Below, piece after piece: positions 9,042-18,797 of a stretch of 64,000 nucleotides of DNA (position 1 is its first letter; each line of letters begins with the position of its first letter). A program made the position numbers and the translations under genes. This DNA is from an uncultured Candidatus Saccharibacteria bacterium. Lineage in GTDB: Bacteria; Patescibacteriota; Minisyncoccia; Phycocordibacterales; UBA9973. A model generated the notes under the pieces. That model saw only the letters and a program-made list of their open reading frames with translations. It did not search any database and had not been told where the DNA came from. The DNA lies in contig CAYRQJ010000005.1 in assembly GCA_964426555.1 (NCBI GenBank), forward strand, positions 5,901-69,900. Reading direction: 5' to 3'.

Positions 9042-9874
9042 TATAGTGCAATTGTCAGTCCTTCTATTTGGGGCAATGGATTGTATTGGGTCAGTAGTGG
9101 GTCCAGTATTTCGTTTATTAAATTCTCATCTAATTTTTCTGCTCTGTCGTATGTATTATCCGGTAATGTTATAAATATATTTTTATGATCGTTTATTCGT
9201 GAAATTATTTCATTTGCACCAGTGTAATGGTTATCATATATGTGTGCATTAGATACAGAGTGAGTGTATATTCCAGGTTTTACATTTAATTTTTGAGCTA
9301 AAATACATTGTAATAAACAAAATCCAAATGTATCAAAAGGACACCCAAGCATCATGTCGTTTGATCTTATAATATTATGTAAATGTAATCGTCCACCAAT
9401 AATATTTACTGTAAAAGTATATGGGCAGGGTACATTTTTTTTAGGGATACCTCCGTGACCATCTTCTCGTGGGTCCCAAGTAACAATTACACCATGCCGA
9501 GAACTGGGTTCGTTTTGTAATAATTTTACAAGTTCACCTAATTGATCTCGTTCAAATGCATGACGCCAACGGTAACCATATGCTGCAGCCAGTGTACCAT
9601 CCTCTTCTAAAAAAGCGTCCCACATTTTAGTATATTTTCTTAAAAATGTTGTATCTTTAACACCGGATATAAACCAAAGCATTTCAGCTATTGCTGACTT
9701 AAATGGATTTTTTCGAAGTGTAAGAATAGGGAATCCATCATTTTCGATATCTATTTGAAATGTTAACCCTGGTAGAGCTTTTGTTTTTTTACCAGTTCTA
9801 ACATTTAATTCTTCGATACCATTTTCCATGATATTTTTTAGTAAGCCTTGGTATATAAGGTCAAAATTAGTCAT
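9041..9874 (-). CDS. thyA: ThyA-fold enzyme with Asp at the dUMP/dCMP specificity site (candidate dCMP methylase)
   Basis: RTG, EMLWFISG, YGYRWR, catalytic PC (C150), RSND and HIY motifs. PFD replaces canonical PFN (D181, codon 9332-9334). Confidence 0.9.
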   Translation of the reverse strand: MTNFDLIYQGLLKNIMENGIEELNVRTGKKTKALPGLTFQIDIENDGFPILTLRKNPFKSAIAEMLWFISGVKDTTFLRKYTKMWDAFLEEDGTLAAAYGYRWRHAFERDQLGELVKLLQNEPSSRHGVIVTWDPREDGHGGIPKKNVPCPYTFTVNIIGGRLHLHNIIRSNDMMLGCPFDTFGFCLLQCILAQKLNVKPGIYTHSVSNAHIYDNHYTGANEIISRINDHKNIFITLPDNTYDRAEKLDENLINEILDPLLTQYNPLPQIEGLTIAL

Positions 9875-9930
9875 ATTGTGATTATACCAAAGCTGTGTAT
9901 AATGAGCAAAATAATGATAATATAAATAAT

Positions 9931-10416
9931 ATGAGAAAAAGTGATTATCTTCCAGATGGTAGAATTATTAAATATGTGGCTAATGATAATGAATTTATAC
10001 TAGCTGCTAAAACATATGCCAAACAATATTCATTAGACAAGGTTATGCCAACAGGGGCCGTATTGGTTAAAAACGGTACTATAATTGGTATGGGAGCAAA
10101 TGGTAGTGATTACCACGAAAAAAATGGTTGTGAAAGGGTTCGCCAAAATATACCTAGTGGAGAAGGGTATGAATTATGTAATGGTTGTAACCCTAATAAT
10201 CATGCAGAACCAAAAGCTATTGAAAATGCAAAGCAAATTGGGAATGATCCCATAGATTCTGATTTGTATTTGTGGGGACATTTTTGGTGTTGTGAGCCAT
10301 GTTGGAATTCTATGATTAAGAATGGAATTAAAGATGTATTTTTAATGCAAGATAGTAAAATTCTTTTTGATAAAGATGAACCTCGTAATATTGTAGGTAA
10401 ACAATTCACTATTTAA
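9931..10416 (+). CDS. dCMP deaminase-like zinc-dependent deaminase
   Basis: TGAVLVKNG, GANG, HAE and CEPC zinc motifs; CERVRQNIPSGEGYELC insert typical of dCMP deaminase/ComEB-like proteins. Confidence 0.85.
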   Translation: MRKSDYLPDGRIIKYVANDNEFILAAKTYAKQYSLDKVMPTGAVLVKNGTIIGMGANGSDYHEKNGCERVRQNIPSGEGYELCNGCNPNNHAEPKAIENAKQIGNDPIDSDLYLWGHFWCCEPCWNSMIKNGIKDVFLMQDSKILFDKDEPRNIVGKQFTI

Positions 10417-10462
10417 GTTAAGATATAAATTTTTACTATAGGTCAAAAACCTATAGTATTTT

Positions 10463-10969
10463 TTATTTCTTATAAACTACAAAATCAAATTCAAATTCGT
10501 GGTCAGTATCTTTTTCATGGTGAATACGAGATGTTTCTTTAAAAATATTTTTATCAAATTCTGGAAAGAATGTGTCAGCATAAGGGAAAGCACCATTAAC
10601 TTCTGTAAGATAAATTGTATCTACAAAAGGAAGTCCCTGGCGATAAACTTCACCTCCGCCAATTATAAAAATTTCATTATTGTATTCACTATTGTTTCTT
10701 AAAAAATCCTCGGCTTTTTCTATAGCATCAGTGATATTTTTTGCAGTTATAACACTGTCTTGTTGCCAGTCGTCCTGACTAGTTATGACTATAGATTTAC
10801 GACGGGGTAGTGGGCGACCAATGGATTCGTATGTTTTTCTACCCATTATCATTACGGTATTGTTTGTTTTCTCTTTAAAATAAGCAAAGTCTTTTGGTAA
10901 ATGCCACAGTAATGACCCGGATTTTCCCAGTTCACGGTTTTGGCCAATAGCAGCAATTAATGAAATCAT
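10463..10969 (-). CDS. folA: Dihydrofolate reductase
   Basis: LLWHLPKDFAYFK, IMGRKTYESIGRPLP, IIGGGEVY and DTFFP. Confidence 0.97.
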   Translation of the reverse strand: MISLIAAIGQNRELGKSGSLLWHLPKDFAYFKEKTNNTVMIMGRKTYESIGRPLPRRKSIVITSQDDWQQDSVITAKNITDAIEKAEDFLRNNSEYNNEIFIIGGGEVYRQGLPFVDTIYLTEVNGAFPYADTFFPEFDKNIFKETSRIHHEKDTDHEFEFDFVVYKK

Positions 10970-11064
10970 AGGTCTATTTTACCCTTTATTCTAATAAATT
11001 CAAACTTCTTTTTATTTTGCCCGCAAATGCTATAATGGCTGTATTAATATAATCTTTGCTTTTT

Positions 11065-12285
11065 ATGATAGACAAACAAGTAGAAAAACTAATATTAGCT
11101 GAAGACAAACGCCAAAAGAGCGTAATGAACTTAATCGCATCAGAGAACTATGTAAGCAAAGACGTATTAGATGCATTGGGTAGTAATTTGCAAAACAAAT
11201 ATGCCGAAGGTTATCCTGGACGCAGATATTATGGGGGTAATGAAATTATCGACCAAGTAGAAAATCTTTGTATTGAACGAGCCTTAAAACTTTTTAAACT
11301 GGATAGTAAAAAATGGCATATGAATGTGCAAGCATTGTCTGGTTCACCAGCAAACTTTGCATTGTATTGCGCATTGGTTCCACCAGAATTTGGTAAAGAC
11401 GGAAAACCAACAAAAAAAATAATGGGTATGAAGCTAACCAGTGGTGGACATCTTACACATGGGCACCCATTATCTATGACTGGTAAATTGTGGAAGCCAG
11501 TTCAATATTCATTGGATACAAAAACTGAAGTAATAAATTATAAAGAATTGGAAAAGTTGGCAATGGCAGAAAAGCCCGACATTATCGTAGCTGGGTTTAC
11601 TGCATATCCGCGCGTTGTGGACTTTAAAAAGTTTCGTCAAATTGCTAACAAATGTGGAGCGTTGCTACATGTTGATATGTCACACTTTGCAGGGTTAGTT
11701 GCTGGGGAACAATACCCATCGCCATTTCCATATGCTGACAGTGTAATGACTACTACTCACAAATCTTTGCGTGGTCCACGTCATGCATTAATGTTTGTAA
11801 AACGTGACAAGAGAGAGTTAGATAAAAAGCTGGATAAGACTGTAATCCCAGGGCTATACGGTGGCCCGCATGAAAATACTATTGCAGCAGTAGCAGTGAC
11901 AATGAAAGAAGCCAACACACCAGCCTTTAAAAGTTACGCAAAGCAAGTTATAAAAAATGCGCAAGCGCTAGCTAATGAACTACAAAAATTAGGCTGGCAT
12001 ATTATTTCTGGTGGGACTGATTCACATTTGATATTAATGGATACTTGGATGGAAGGAAAAGTAAATCCGCTGGGAGCCGGATCTGTACCAGGTTCAGTTG
12101 CTAGTAAAAAATTGGAACTTGCAGGAATAATAGTAAACATGAATACTATTCCTGGCGAAACTCGCAGTGCAATGGACCCGTCTGGAATTCGTTTAGGTAC
12201 ATGCGCGGAAACTACTCGTGGTAAAAAGGAAAAAGATATGGTAGCTATTGCCAAAAAGATAGACAAAGTTTTAAGAAGCAAATAA
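11065..12285 (+). CDS. glyA: Serine hydroxymethyltransferase
   Basis: LIASENY, KYAEGYPGRRYYGG, GGHLTHG, TTTHKSLRGPR and SGIRLGT. Confidence 0.97.
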   Translation: MIDKQVEKLILAEDKRQKSVMNLIASENYVSKDVLDALGSNLQNKYAEGYPGRRYYGGNEIIDQVENLCIERALKLFKLDSKKWHMNVQALSGSPANFALYCALVPPEFGKDGKPTKKIMGMKLTSGGHLTHGHPLSMTGKLWKPVQYSLDTKTEVINYKELEKLAMAEKPDIIVAGFTAYPRVVDFKKFRQIANKCGALLHVDMSHFAGLVAGEQYPSPFPYADSVMTTTHKSLRGPRHALMFVKRDKRELDKKLDKTVIPGLYGGPHENTIAAVAVTMKEANTPAFKSYAKQVIKNAQALANELQKLGWHIISGGTDSHLILMDTWMEGKVNPLGAGSVPGSVASKKLELAGIIVNMNTIPGETRSAMDPSGIRLGTCAETTRGKKEKDMVAIAKKIDKVLRSK

Positions 12286-12288
12286 TTC

Positions 12289-12552
12289 ATGGAAGTCAAA
12301 GATAAAAATATTTGGTTTAAGAGAAAATCTTATGGATGGGGCTGGACACCAGTTTCTTGGCAGGGATGGGTGGTGTTATTTATATATGTATTATTAATGA
12401 TTAGTTTTTCGTATATTAATCACACCGAGCTTCCAGACGGTAATTTGTTTGTTGGTTTTGTTTTTCCTTTTGTAATTTTTACATCAATTTTAATATTGAT
12501 TTGTTATAAAAAAGGGGAATCTCCAATATGGCAATGGGGCAAAGATAAATAA
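12289..12552 (+). CDS. Small Trp-rich membrane protein
   Basis: WFKRKSYGWGWTPVSWQGW plus two TM helices. Confidence 0.75.
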   Translation: MEVKDKNIWFKRKSYGWGWTPVSWQGWVVLFIYVLLMISFSYINHTELPDGNLFVGFVFPFVIFTSILILICYKKGESPIWQWGKDK

Positions 12553-12618
12553 ACATGCTTCTTGCTAAAATTTGTGCTATAATATACTCATATTCGTATT
12601 AATAATTATATATAAATC

Positions 12619-13050
12619 ATGTTAGGAATCTTTCTTTTGCCTTTAGTAGGCGCAGTTATAGTTACAGTTATCGGAACATTATGGTACGGTCCAATTTTTG
12701 GCAAAGCGTACATGCGTGCAATGGGAGTAAATCCTGAAATGGCACCAGCTAACAAAAAAGGCATGATCGGCAAAGTTGTTTTAGACTTTATAATGACTTT
12801 TATTCTTTTATTCGGTTTTCTTAATGTAATGAATTTTGCTTATGCAGGTACATACAGTGCAGCATTTATTTTTGCATTATTGTTCTGGTTCTTTATTGTT
12901 ATGCCTATGAAAGCAAGTGGCGCTATTTGGAGCGGACGCGACAATAAATCTTCATGGACATTGTTTGGTCTAGGAGCAGGGTATTCTTTAATCTCATTTG
13001 CTATTGCTGGTCCACTATTTATTTGGCTTATTGGATTTTTTGTAAAATAA
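12619..13050 (+). CDS. DUF1761-like membrane protein
   Basis: IGTLWYGPIFGKAYM motif; 4 TM helices. Confidence 0.75.
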   Translation: MLGIFLLPLVGAVIVTVIGTLWYGPIFGKAYMRAMGVNPEMAPANKKGMIGKVVLDFIMTFILLFGFLNVMNFAYAGTYSAAFIFALLFWFFIVMPMKASGAIWSGRDNKSSWTLFGLGAGYSLISFAIAGPLFIWLIGFFVK

Positions 13051-13053
13051 AAA

Positions 13054-13431
13054 ATGAAAAGAAATATCTCAGAATTTAAAAGTTTTGCTTTAAAGGGTAA
13101 TGTAATGGATTTAGCCATTGCAGTTATAATAGGAGCTGCCTTTGGTAAAATAATCGAATCAGTAGTAGCTGATATTGTAATGCCGATACTGGGTATATTT
13201 ATCGGAGGAGTAGATTTTACAAAACTTGCTTTTGGTATTGGGGACGCACAAATTACTTATGGTAATTTCTTGCAAGCAATATTTAATTTAGTAATTGTTG
13301 CATTAGCTTTGTTTGTACTAATAAAAGCAATAAACAAACTAAAAAAAGAAAAGAAGGTAGAAGAAGGTGTACCCCCAGTAGCGCAAGATATTGTTTTGCT
13401 TACTGAAATTCGCGACTTACTTAAAAAATAG
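13054..13431 (+). CDS. mscL: Large-conductance mechanosensitive channel
   Basis: EFKSFALKGNVMDLAIAVIIGAAFGKI, YGNF and LLTEIRDLL. Confidence 0.97.
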   Translation: MKRNISEFKSFALKGNVMDLAIAVIIGAAFGKIIESVVADIVMPILGIFIGGVDFTKLAFGIGDAQITYGNFLQAIFNLVIVALALFVLIKAINKLKKEKKVEEGVPPVAQDIVLLTEIRDLLKK

Positions 13432-13490
13432 AACTATAAAAAACTGCCAAGCTTAATGCTTGGTGGTTTTTTATTTGGTATAATATATCT

Positions 13491-14801
13491 ATGAAAAAAA
13501 TCTTTATTCCAACAGAGACCCGCACTGGATTATTAGTTATTATTGGTTTGTTTATTGCACTATTGGCATTTATGCCTTGGATCTACGGTACACTAACTCC
13601 AATGTTTGCATTACTTGACCAACATGTTGTTTTTAATTCGGCTCTATTTTTTGCTTTGATTGGTTTAACTATTTACTTTATACATAAAGCTAATAATTTA
13701 TTAAATATACCGTATGCTGTTAGTTCAATTATATTTGGAATGTCTGGTTATCTTATTTGGAATCAGTTGTTCCCAATACCGGTAAATTTATTTTTAATAC
13801 TGGGAACTTTTGCTGTAGCTATAATTTTATTTAGACAAGGATTAGAAATAGAAACAAACATTCACCAAAAAAGCTTTTGGAAAGATGTTTTAATTGGGGT
13901 AGTGTCTGCAATTGTTTTATTTTTAGCTACACAATTTATTTTAAAACTAGCATTTCCTTTTATTAGTGAATTTTTGAAATATAGCATTCCTACTTTGTTT
14001 TTAATTTTTGGAGCTAGTTATTTGGGTGGGAATAAATCTACAAATTTAATTAAATTTGTGTATGATCTTACTTTGGTGATTATACTTTATAATTTTCTTT
14101 ATTTTAGTACCCGTCTAATGCCAGGATCTTTTACTAATCTTAGTAGTATTAGTAGTTTATACAGTGTCTCATTTGTCAGCACTGTTTTTGGAATATTCGT
14201 TGGTTTAATTGGTTCATATGTTATTCATCGCCATCATTTTTTATGGAAAGATAAAACAGAATCTCAAAATCAAAATTTGTATGCCGCTACAATTGTTATT
14301 GGGTTGGTGGCATTATCTTTAATTATTGGAGCAAATCCATTTATTGCTGCTGCTATTTCAGGAATGTTTATTAGTTTAAAAGATAAAATTGATAACCCAG
14401 AAGAAAAAATATTAAACAAAACTGAAAAGAATTTAGCAATAATTGCTTATTTTTTAATTGGTACAAGTTTATCTTTTGAAGCGTTTACTCAGTTTGGAAT
14501 AAACGGATTAATTTTGGGGGTATTTACAACTATAATTGCTCCAATAATTTTATTTATTTTTTGGATTATTTTGTCAAAATTTAATTTACTTTCTACTAAA
14601 TCACCACAAATTATATTCAGTGATATTTTCAAAAGAAAAGGCTCAACTGTATTAATGGGTTCACTTTGCTTGTTTGCTATTAGTTTTAGTCGGGGAGAAG
14701 ATTTTGTTATTTCAGCGCTTTGTTTTGTTGCTGTATTGATAATTAATTATTTATATCCTTGGGCTACTAGTTTATTAAATAGGGATATTTTGAATAAATA
14801 A
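13491..14801 (+). CDS. Polytopic membrane protein, divergent cation/proton antiporter-like
   Basis: About 13 TM helices. IILFRQGLE and SRGED echo CPA-family motifs; the family call is tentative. Confidence 0.55.
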   Translation: MKKIFIPTETRTGLLVIIGLFIALLAFMPWIYGTLTPMFALLDQHVVFNSALFFALIGLTIYFIHKANNLLNIPYAVSSIIFGMSGYLIWNQLFPIPVNLFLILGTFAVAIILFRQGLEIETNIHQKSFWKDVLIGVVSAIVLFLATQFILKLAFPFISEFLKYSIPTLFLIFGASYLGGNKSTNLIKFVYDLTLVIILYNFLYFSTRLMPGSFTNLSSISSLYSVSFVSTVFGIFVGLIGSYVIHRHHFLWKDKTESQNQNLYAATIVIGLVALSLIIGANPFIAAAISGMFISLKDKIDNPEEKILNKTEKNLAIIAYFLIGTSLSFEAFTQFGINGLILGVFTTIIAPIILFIFWIILSKFNLLSTKSPQIIFSDIFKRKGSTVLMGSLCLFAISFSRGEDFVISALCFVAVLIINYLYPWATSLLNRDILNK

Positions 14802-14824
14802 GATTATTTAGTATAATTTGCTTT

Positions 14825-15376
14825 ATGAATAAAAAGAATGATTACAAAGTATGGCTAGGTATTTTAATACTGGCTTTAATTATTATAATATCAGTTTACG
14901 GTTATAAAAAATTTGGTAACAATGTTGCAGTACCACAAGTCGGAGATGGTATTATAACTGAAGAAAAAGTAGATGTGCTACCAACAGGTAGTGAATTACT
15001 AGACAAAAAAGACAAACAAAGTATGAATCCTGTTCAAATTATTAAAAAAGACAATGGGTTAGTAATAGAAATAATCAGCGAGGGAACTGGTGAAGGTGTA
15101 CGCAGTATGCAAACTGTCTCTGTGGATTATCGTGGGATGCTAACTGATGGTAAAGTTTTTGATGAATCTTATAAACGTGGGCAGCAATTTTCTTTTACTG
15201 TTGGCGGAGGTCAAGTTATCAAAGGTTGGGATGAAGGACTACTAGGTATGAAAGTAGGCGAAAAACGTCGTCTTACAATACCAGGTGATTTAGCTTATGG
15301 TCCCAATGGTATTCCAGGAGTTATCCCAGCAAATGCTACACTTATTTTTGATATTGAATTACATTCAATAAAATAG
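14825..15376 (+). CDS. Membrane-anchored FKBP-type peptidyl-prolyl isomerase
   Basis: [34 protein letters not shown] and [13 protein letters not shown]. Confidence 0.95.
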   Translation: MNKKNDYKVWLGILILALIIIISVYGYKKFGNNVAVPQVGDGIITEEKVDVLPTGSELLDKKDKQSMNPVQIIKKDNGLVIEIISEGTGEGVRSMQTVSVDYRGMLTDGKVFDESYKRGQQFSFTVGGGQVIKGWDEGLLGMKVGEKRRLTIPGDLAYGPNGIPGVIPANATLIFDIELHSIK

Positions 15377-15474
15377 TGTCATTACGCTAAATAATCTTTT
15401 TAGAAAGTCCTCGGGTTGGCTCACCAGACATTTCAAAAAAGACAATTTAGCTGCATTTGTTTTCTTATTAAAAT

Positions 15475-15501
15475 AGAGCGCCCCGCTATGCGGGGCGCTC
15501 T
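15475..15501. terminator. GC-rich hairpin upstream of the rpsL promoter
   Basis: agagcgccccgc-tat-gcggggcgctct. Confidence 0.55.
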
Positions 15502-15612
15502 TGCAATATCTAAATCTTTATGTTATTTTAACTGGGTATATCCCGCAGGCGGGATTTTAATAGTAGTGTACGGTTATTCGAATATCTGGCGGGTAAAAGT
15601 ACTAATAGATAA

Positions 15613-16038
15613 ATGCCAACAGTAAATCAACTAGTTCGAAAAGGAAGAGTTAAGGTGGTTAAAAAATCAAAAGCCGTGGCTTTAGCGCGCGGATTTAATC
15701 AACTTAAAAATCGTCCAGTATTATACTCCTCACCATTCAAAAGAGGTGTATGTACAAAAGTTACTACTACAACTCCTAAAAAGCCTAACTCAGCTGTTCG
15801 TAAGATTGCTCGTGTGCGTCTTACTAATGGTATGGAAGTTACAGCTTATATCCCAGGTATGGGTCACAATCTACAGGAACACTCTGTGGTTATGATTCGC
15901 GGTGGTCGTGTAAAAGACCTTATCGGAGTACGTTACCACATAGTTCGTGGTCGTCTTGACGCTTCAGGCGTAGATAAGCGTCGTAAAGAACGCAGTAAGT
16001 ACGGTGCAAAACGCCCAAAAGCTGACGCTAAGAAATAA
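15613..16038 (+). CDS. rpsL: 30S ribosomal protein S12
   Basis: [26 protein letters not shown] and RSKYGAKRP. Confidence 0.99.
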   Translation: MPTVNQLVRKGRVKVVKKSKAVALARGFNQLKNRPVLYSSPFKRGVCTKVTTTTPKKPNSAVRKIARVRLTNGMEVTAYIPGMGHNLQEHSVVMIRGGRVKDLIGVRYHIVRGRLDASGVDKRRKERSKYGAKRPKADAKK

Positions 16039-16055
16039 AATACACGATTGATAAT

Positions 16056-16526
16056 ATGCGAAGAAAAGTAACAAATAGAAATATAGTTAGTGCCGACATG
16101 CATTATAACTCTGAAAAACTTTCAAAGTTTATCAATGTTATTATGTGGAACGGACAAAAAAATACAGCACAAAAAATTGTGTATGGGGCATTTGAAATAA
16201 TCAAAGAAAAAACTGGTAACCCAAATCCTCTTGAAGTTTTTGATTTAGCAATTAAAAATTCTAGTCCGCTTATTGAAGTAAGATCTCGCCGTATTGGGGG
16301 AGCTAACTACCAAGTTCCAAGAGAAGTAAGAAAAGAAAGACAACAAGCATTAGCTATTCGTTGGATTATTACTGCAGCAAGATCTGTAAAAGGTAAACCA
16401 ATGGCAGAAAAATTAGCTGATGAATTAATCTTAGCATCTAAAAATGAAGGTACTGCTGTTAAAAAACGCACAGATACTCATAAAATGGCTGAATCTAACA
16501 AAGCCTTTGCTCACTTTGCTTGGTAA
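16056..16526 (+). CDS. rpsG: 30S ribosomal protein S7
   Basis: SRRIGGANYQVP and HKMAESNKAFAHF. Confidence 0.99.
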   Translation: MRRKVTNRNIVSADMHYNSEKLSKFINVIMWNGQKNTAQKIVYGAFEIIKEKTGNPNPLEVFDLAIKNSSPLIEVRSRRIGGANYQVPREVRKERQQALAIRWIITAARSVKGKPMAEKLADELILASKNEGTAVKKRTDTHKMAESNKAFAHFAW

Positions 16527-16561
16527 TTTAATTATAAATAAAATTTTAAAATCATATCTAT

Positions 16562-18715
16562 ATGGAAAGAGATTATCCACTGGAGAAAGTTCGTAATTTC
16601 GGTATTATTGCTCACATTGATGCTGGTAAAACTACTACATCTGAACGTGTTCTTTATTATACCGGAGTTTCTCATAAAATCGGGGAAGTTCACAATGGTG
16701 AGACCACGACTGACTGGATGGAACAAGAAAAAGAACGTGGTATCACTATTACATCTGCGGCTGTTACATGTTTTTGGACACCAACATACGCACTAAAAGA
16801 TGGTAAAGCTGACAATACTAAAAAAACTCGTTTTAACATTATTGATACACCAGGGCACATTGACTTTACTGTAGAAGTAAAGCGGTCTCTTCGTGTACTA
16901 GATGGTGCTGTAGTTGTGTTTGATGGTGTTGCTGGTGTTGAACCTCAATCTGAAACAAACTGGCGCTATGCTGACGAAGCAAATGTTCCAAGAATTTGTT
17001 TTATTAACAAACTTGACCGTACAGGAGCTAGTTTTGAAAAATCTTTTGCATCTATTCTTGATCGTCTTTCAAAAAAAGCAGTTCGTGCACAATTACCAAT
17101 TGGTCTTGAAGAAAACCATGAGGGAGTAGTTGATTTGCTTACTAAGACAGCTTATAAATTTGAAGGTGAAATGGGAATAAAAGTAGTAACTACTGAAATC
17201 CCAGCTGATATGATTTCTGATGTTGAAAAATACCGTGCAGAACTTATTGAAAAAATCGCACTGAATGACGAAGCAATGATGAATGAATATCTTGAAGGTA
17301 AAGAAATTCCAGTTGCTAAATTGAAAGAAGTTTTACGTAAGGCTGTTATTGCTAACGAAATTTTCCCGGTATTTGCAGGTAGTGCTTTGAAAAACAAAGG
17401 TGTTCAATTAGTACTAGATGCTGTTGTAGATTATCTTCCATCACCGTTAGATATTCCACCTATTCCAGGAGTAAACCCATCTGACGATTCACCAATGGTT
17501 CGTCATGCTGACGATAAAGAACCTTTTGCTGCACTTGCTTTTAAATTAGCTAGTGACCCATATGTTGGACAATTAGTATTCTTCCGTGTTTATTCAGGAA
17601 CTTTAGAAGCAGGTAGTTATGTATACAACCCTCGTACAAGAAACAAAGAAAGAATTGGAAGAATCTTGCGTATGCATGCTAATGATCGTGAAGAAGTTAA
17701 AAAAGTTTTCGCTGGGGAAATTGCAGCTGCTGTTGGTCTAAAAGACACAATTACATCTGACACAATTTGTAGCGAAACTAGTCCTATTGAACTGGACCGT
17801 ATTGTATTTCCAGAACCAGTTGTGTCACTGCGTATTGAACCAAAAACAAAAGCTGACCAAGAAAAAATGGGTATGGCATTGTCTCGTCTTGCTCAAGAAG
17901 ATCCAACATTTAAAGTTTCAACAGACCAAGAAACAAACGAAACAATTATTGCTGGTATGGGAGAACTACATTTGGAAATTATTGTTGACCGTATGAAGCG
18001 TGAATTCACCGTAGAAGCTAATGTTGGTAAACCAATGGTGGCATACAGAGAAACTATTACATCACCTGCAGAAGCTGAAGGTAAATACATTAAACAATCT
18101 GGTGGACGTGGTAACTATGGTCACACACGTATCCGTATTAAACCAATGGACATGTCTGTAGATGTAAATGATTTACCAAAGAACACAAAGCGTGATGATC
18201 ATTTTGAATTCGTAAACACAATCAAAGGGGGGGCTATTCCTACAGAATATATTCCAGCTTGTGAAAAAGGTTTCCGCGAAGGTCTTGATCGCGGAGTTGT
18301 TGCTGGATTTAAGATGGTAAATGTATCTGTAGAATTATACGATGGATCTTACCACGATGTTGACTCTAACGAAATGGCTTTCAAAATTGCAGCAAGTATG
18401 GCTATGCAAGACGCATGTCGTCTAGCACGTCCAGTGATTCTAGAACCAATGATGAAAGTAGAAGTAGTAACTCCTGAAAAATTCATGGGAGACGTTACTG
18501 GAAACTTGTCTTCAAAACGTGGTCTTGTAGAAGGAATGGAAGACCGTGGTATGAACAAAGTTATTCGTGCTACTGTGCCATTGTCTGAAATGTTTGGTTA
18601 TATTAACTCATTAAGAAGTATGACCGAAGGCCGCGCATCATTTACTATGGAATTCTCTCGTTATGACATTGTTCCACCAAATGTGGAAAAAGATATCGTA
18701 GCTGCAAGAAAATAA
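16562..18715 (+). CDS. fusA: Elongation factor G
   Basis: [30 protein letters not shown] and YHDVDS. Confidence 0.99.
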   Translation: MERDYPLEKVRNFGIIAHIDAGKTTTSERVLYYTGVSHKIGEVHNGETTTDWMEQEKERGITITSAAVTCFWTPTYALKDGKADNTKKTRFNIIDTPGHIDFTVEVKRSLRVLDGAVVVFDGVAGVEPQSETNWRYADEANVPRICFINKLDRTGASFEKSFASILDRLSKKAVRAQLPIGLEENHEGVVDLLTKTAYKFEGEMGIKVVTTEIPADMISDVEKYRAELIEKIALNDEAMMNEYLEGKEIPVAKLKEVLRKAVIANEIFPVFAGSALKNKGVQLVLDAVVDYLPSPLDIPPIPGVNPSDDSPMVRHADDKEPFAALAFKLASDPYVGQLVFFRVYSGTLEAGSYVYNPRTRNKERIGRILRMHANDREEVKKVFAGEIAAAVGLKDTITSDTICSETSPIELDRIVFPEPVVSLRIEPKTKADQEKMGMALSRLAQEDPTFKVSTDQETNETIIAGMGELHLEIIVDRMKREFTVEANVGKPMVAYRETITSPAEAEGKYIKQSGGRGNYGHTRIRIKPMDMSVDVNDLPKNTKRDDHFEFVNTIKGGAIPTEYIPACEKGFREGLDRGVVAGFKMVNVSVELYDGSYHDVDSNEMAFKIAASMAMQDACRLARPVILEPMMKVEVVTPEKFMGDVTGNLSSKRGLVEGMEDRGMNKVIRATVPLSEMFGYINSLRSMTEGRASFTMEFSRYDIVPPNVEKDIVAARK

Positions 18716-18726
18716 TATTAAATTTA

Positions 18727-18760
18727 TTCAAAAAATCCCTAGAAATAGGGATTTTTTGAA
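18727..18760 (+). terminator. Terminator after fusA
   Basis: ttcaaaaaatccct-agaaat-agggattttttgaa. Confidence 0.75.
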
Positions 18761-18797
18761 TTTCGTAAAATTGGCTAATTTATGTTATATTTTAAGC

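Noticed and set aside
9931-10416. Deaminase as TadA or RibD
   Set aside because: Lacks the TadA PTAHAE/TLEPC context and a RibD reductase domain; the Cys-rich insert and gene context favour a dCMP-type deaminase.
8684-12285. Prophage-borne DNA hypermodification cluster
   Set aside because: No integrase, polymerase, structural or glycosyltransferase genes nearby, and composition matches the host. A housekeeping role is more parsimonious, though base modification is not formally excluded.
16532-18558. Short alternative-frame and antisense ORFs within fusA (likewise in glyA, nrdAB, glyQS, recA, ftsK)
   Set aside because: Fully overlap well-conserved genes and lack independent signals.
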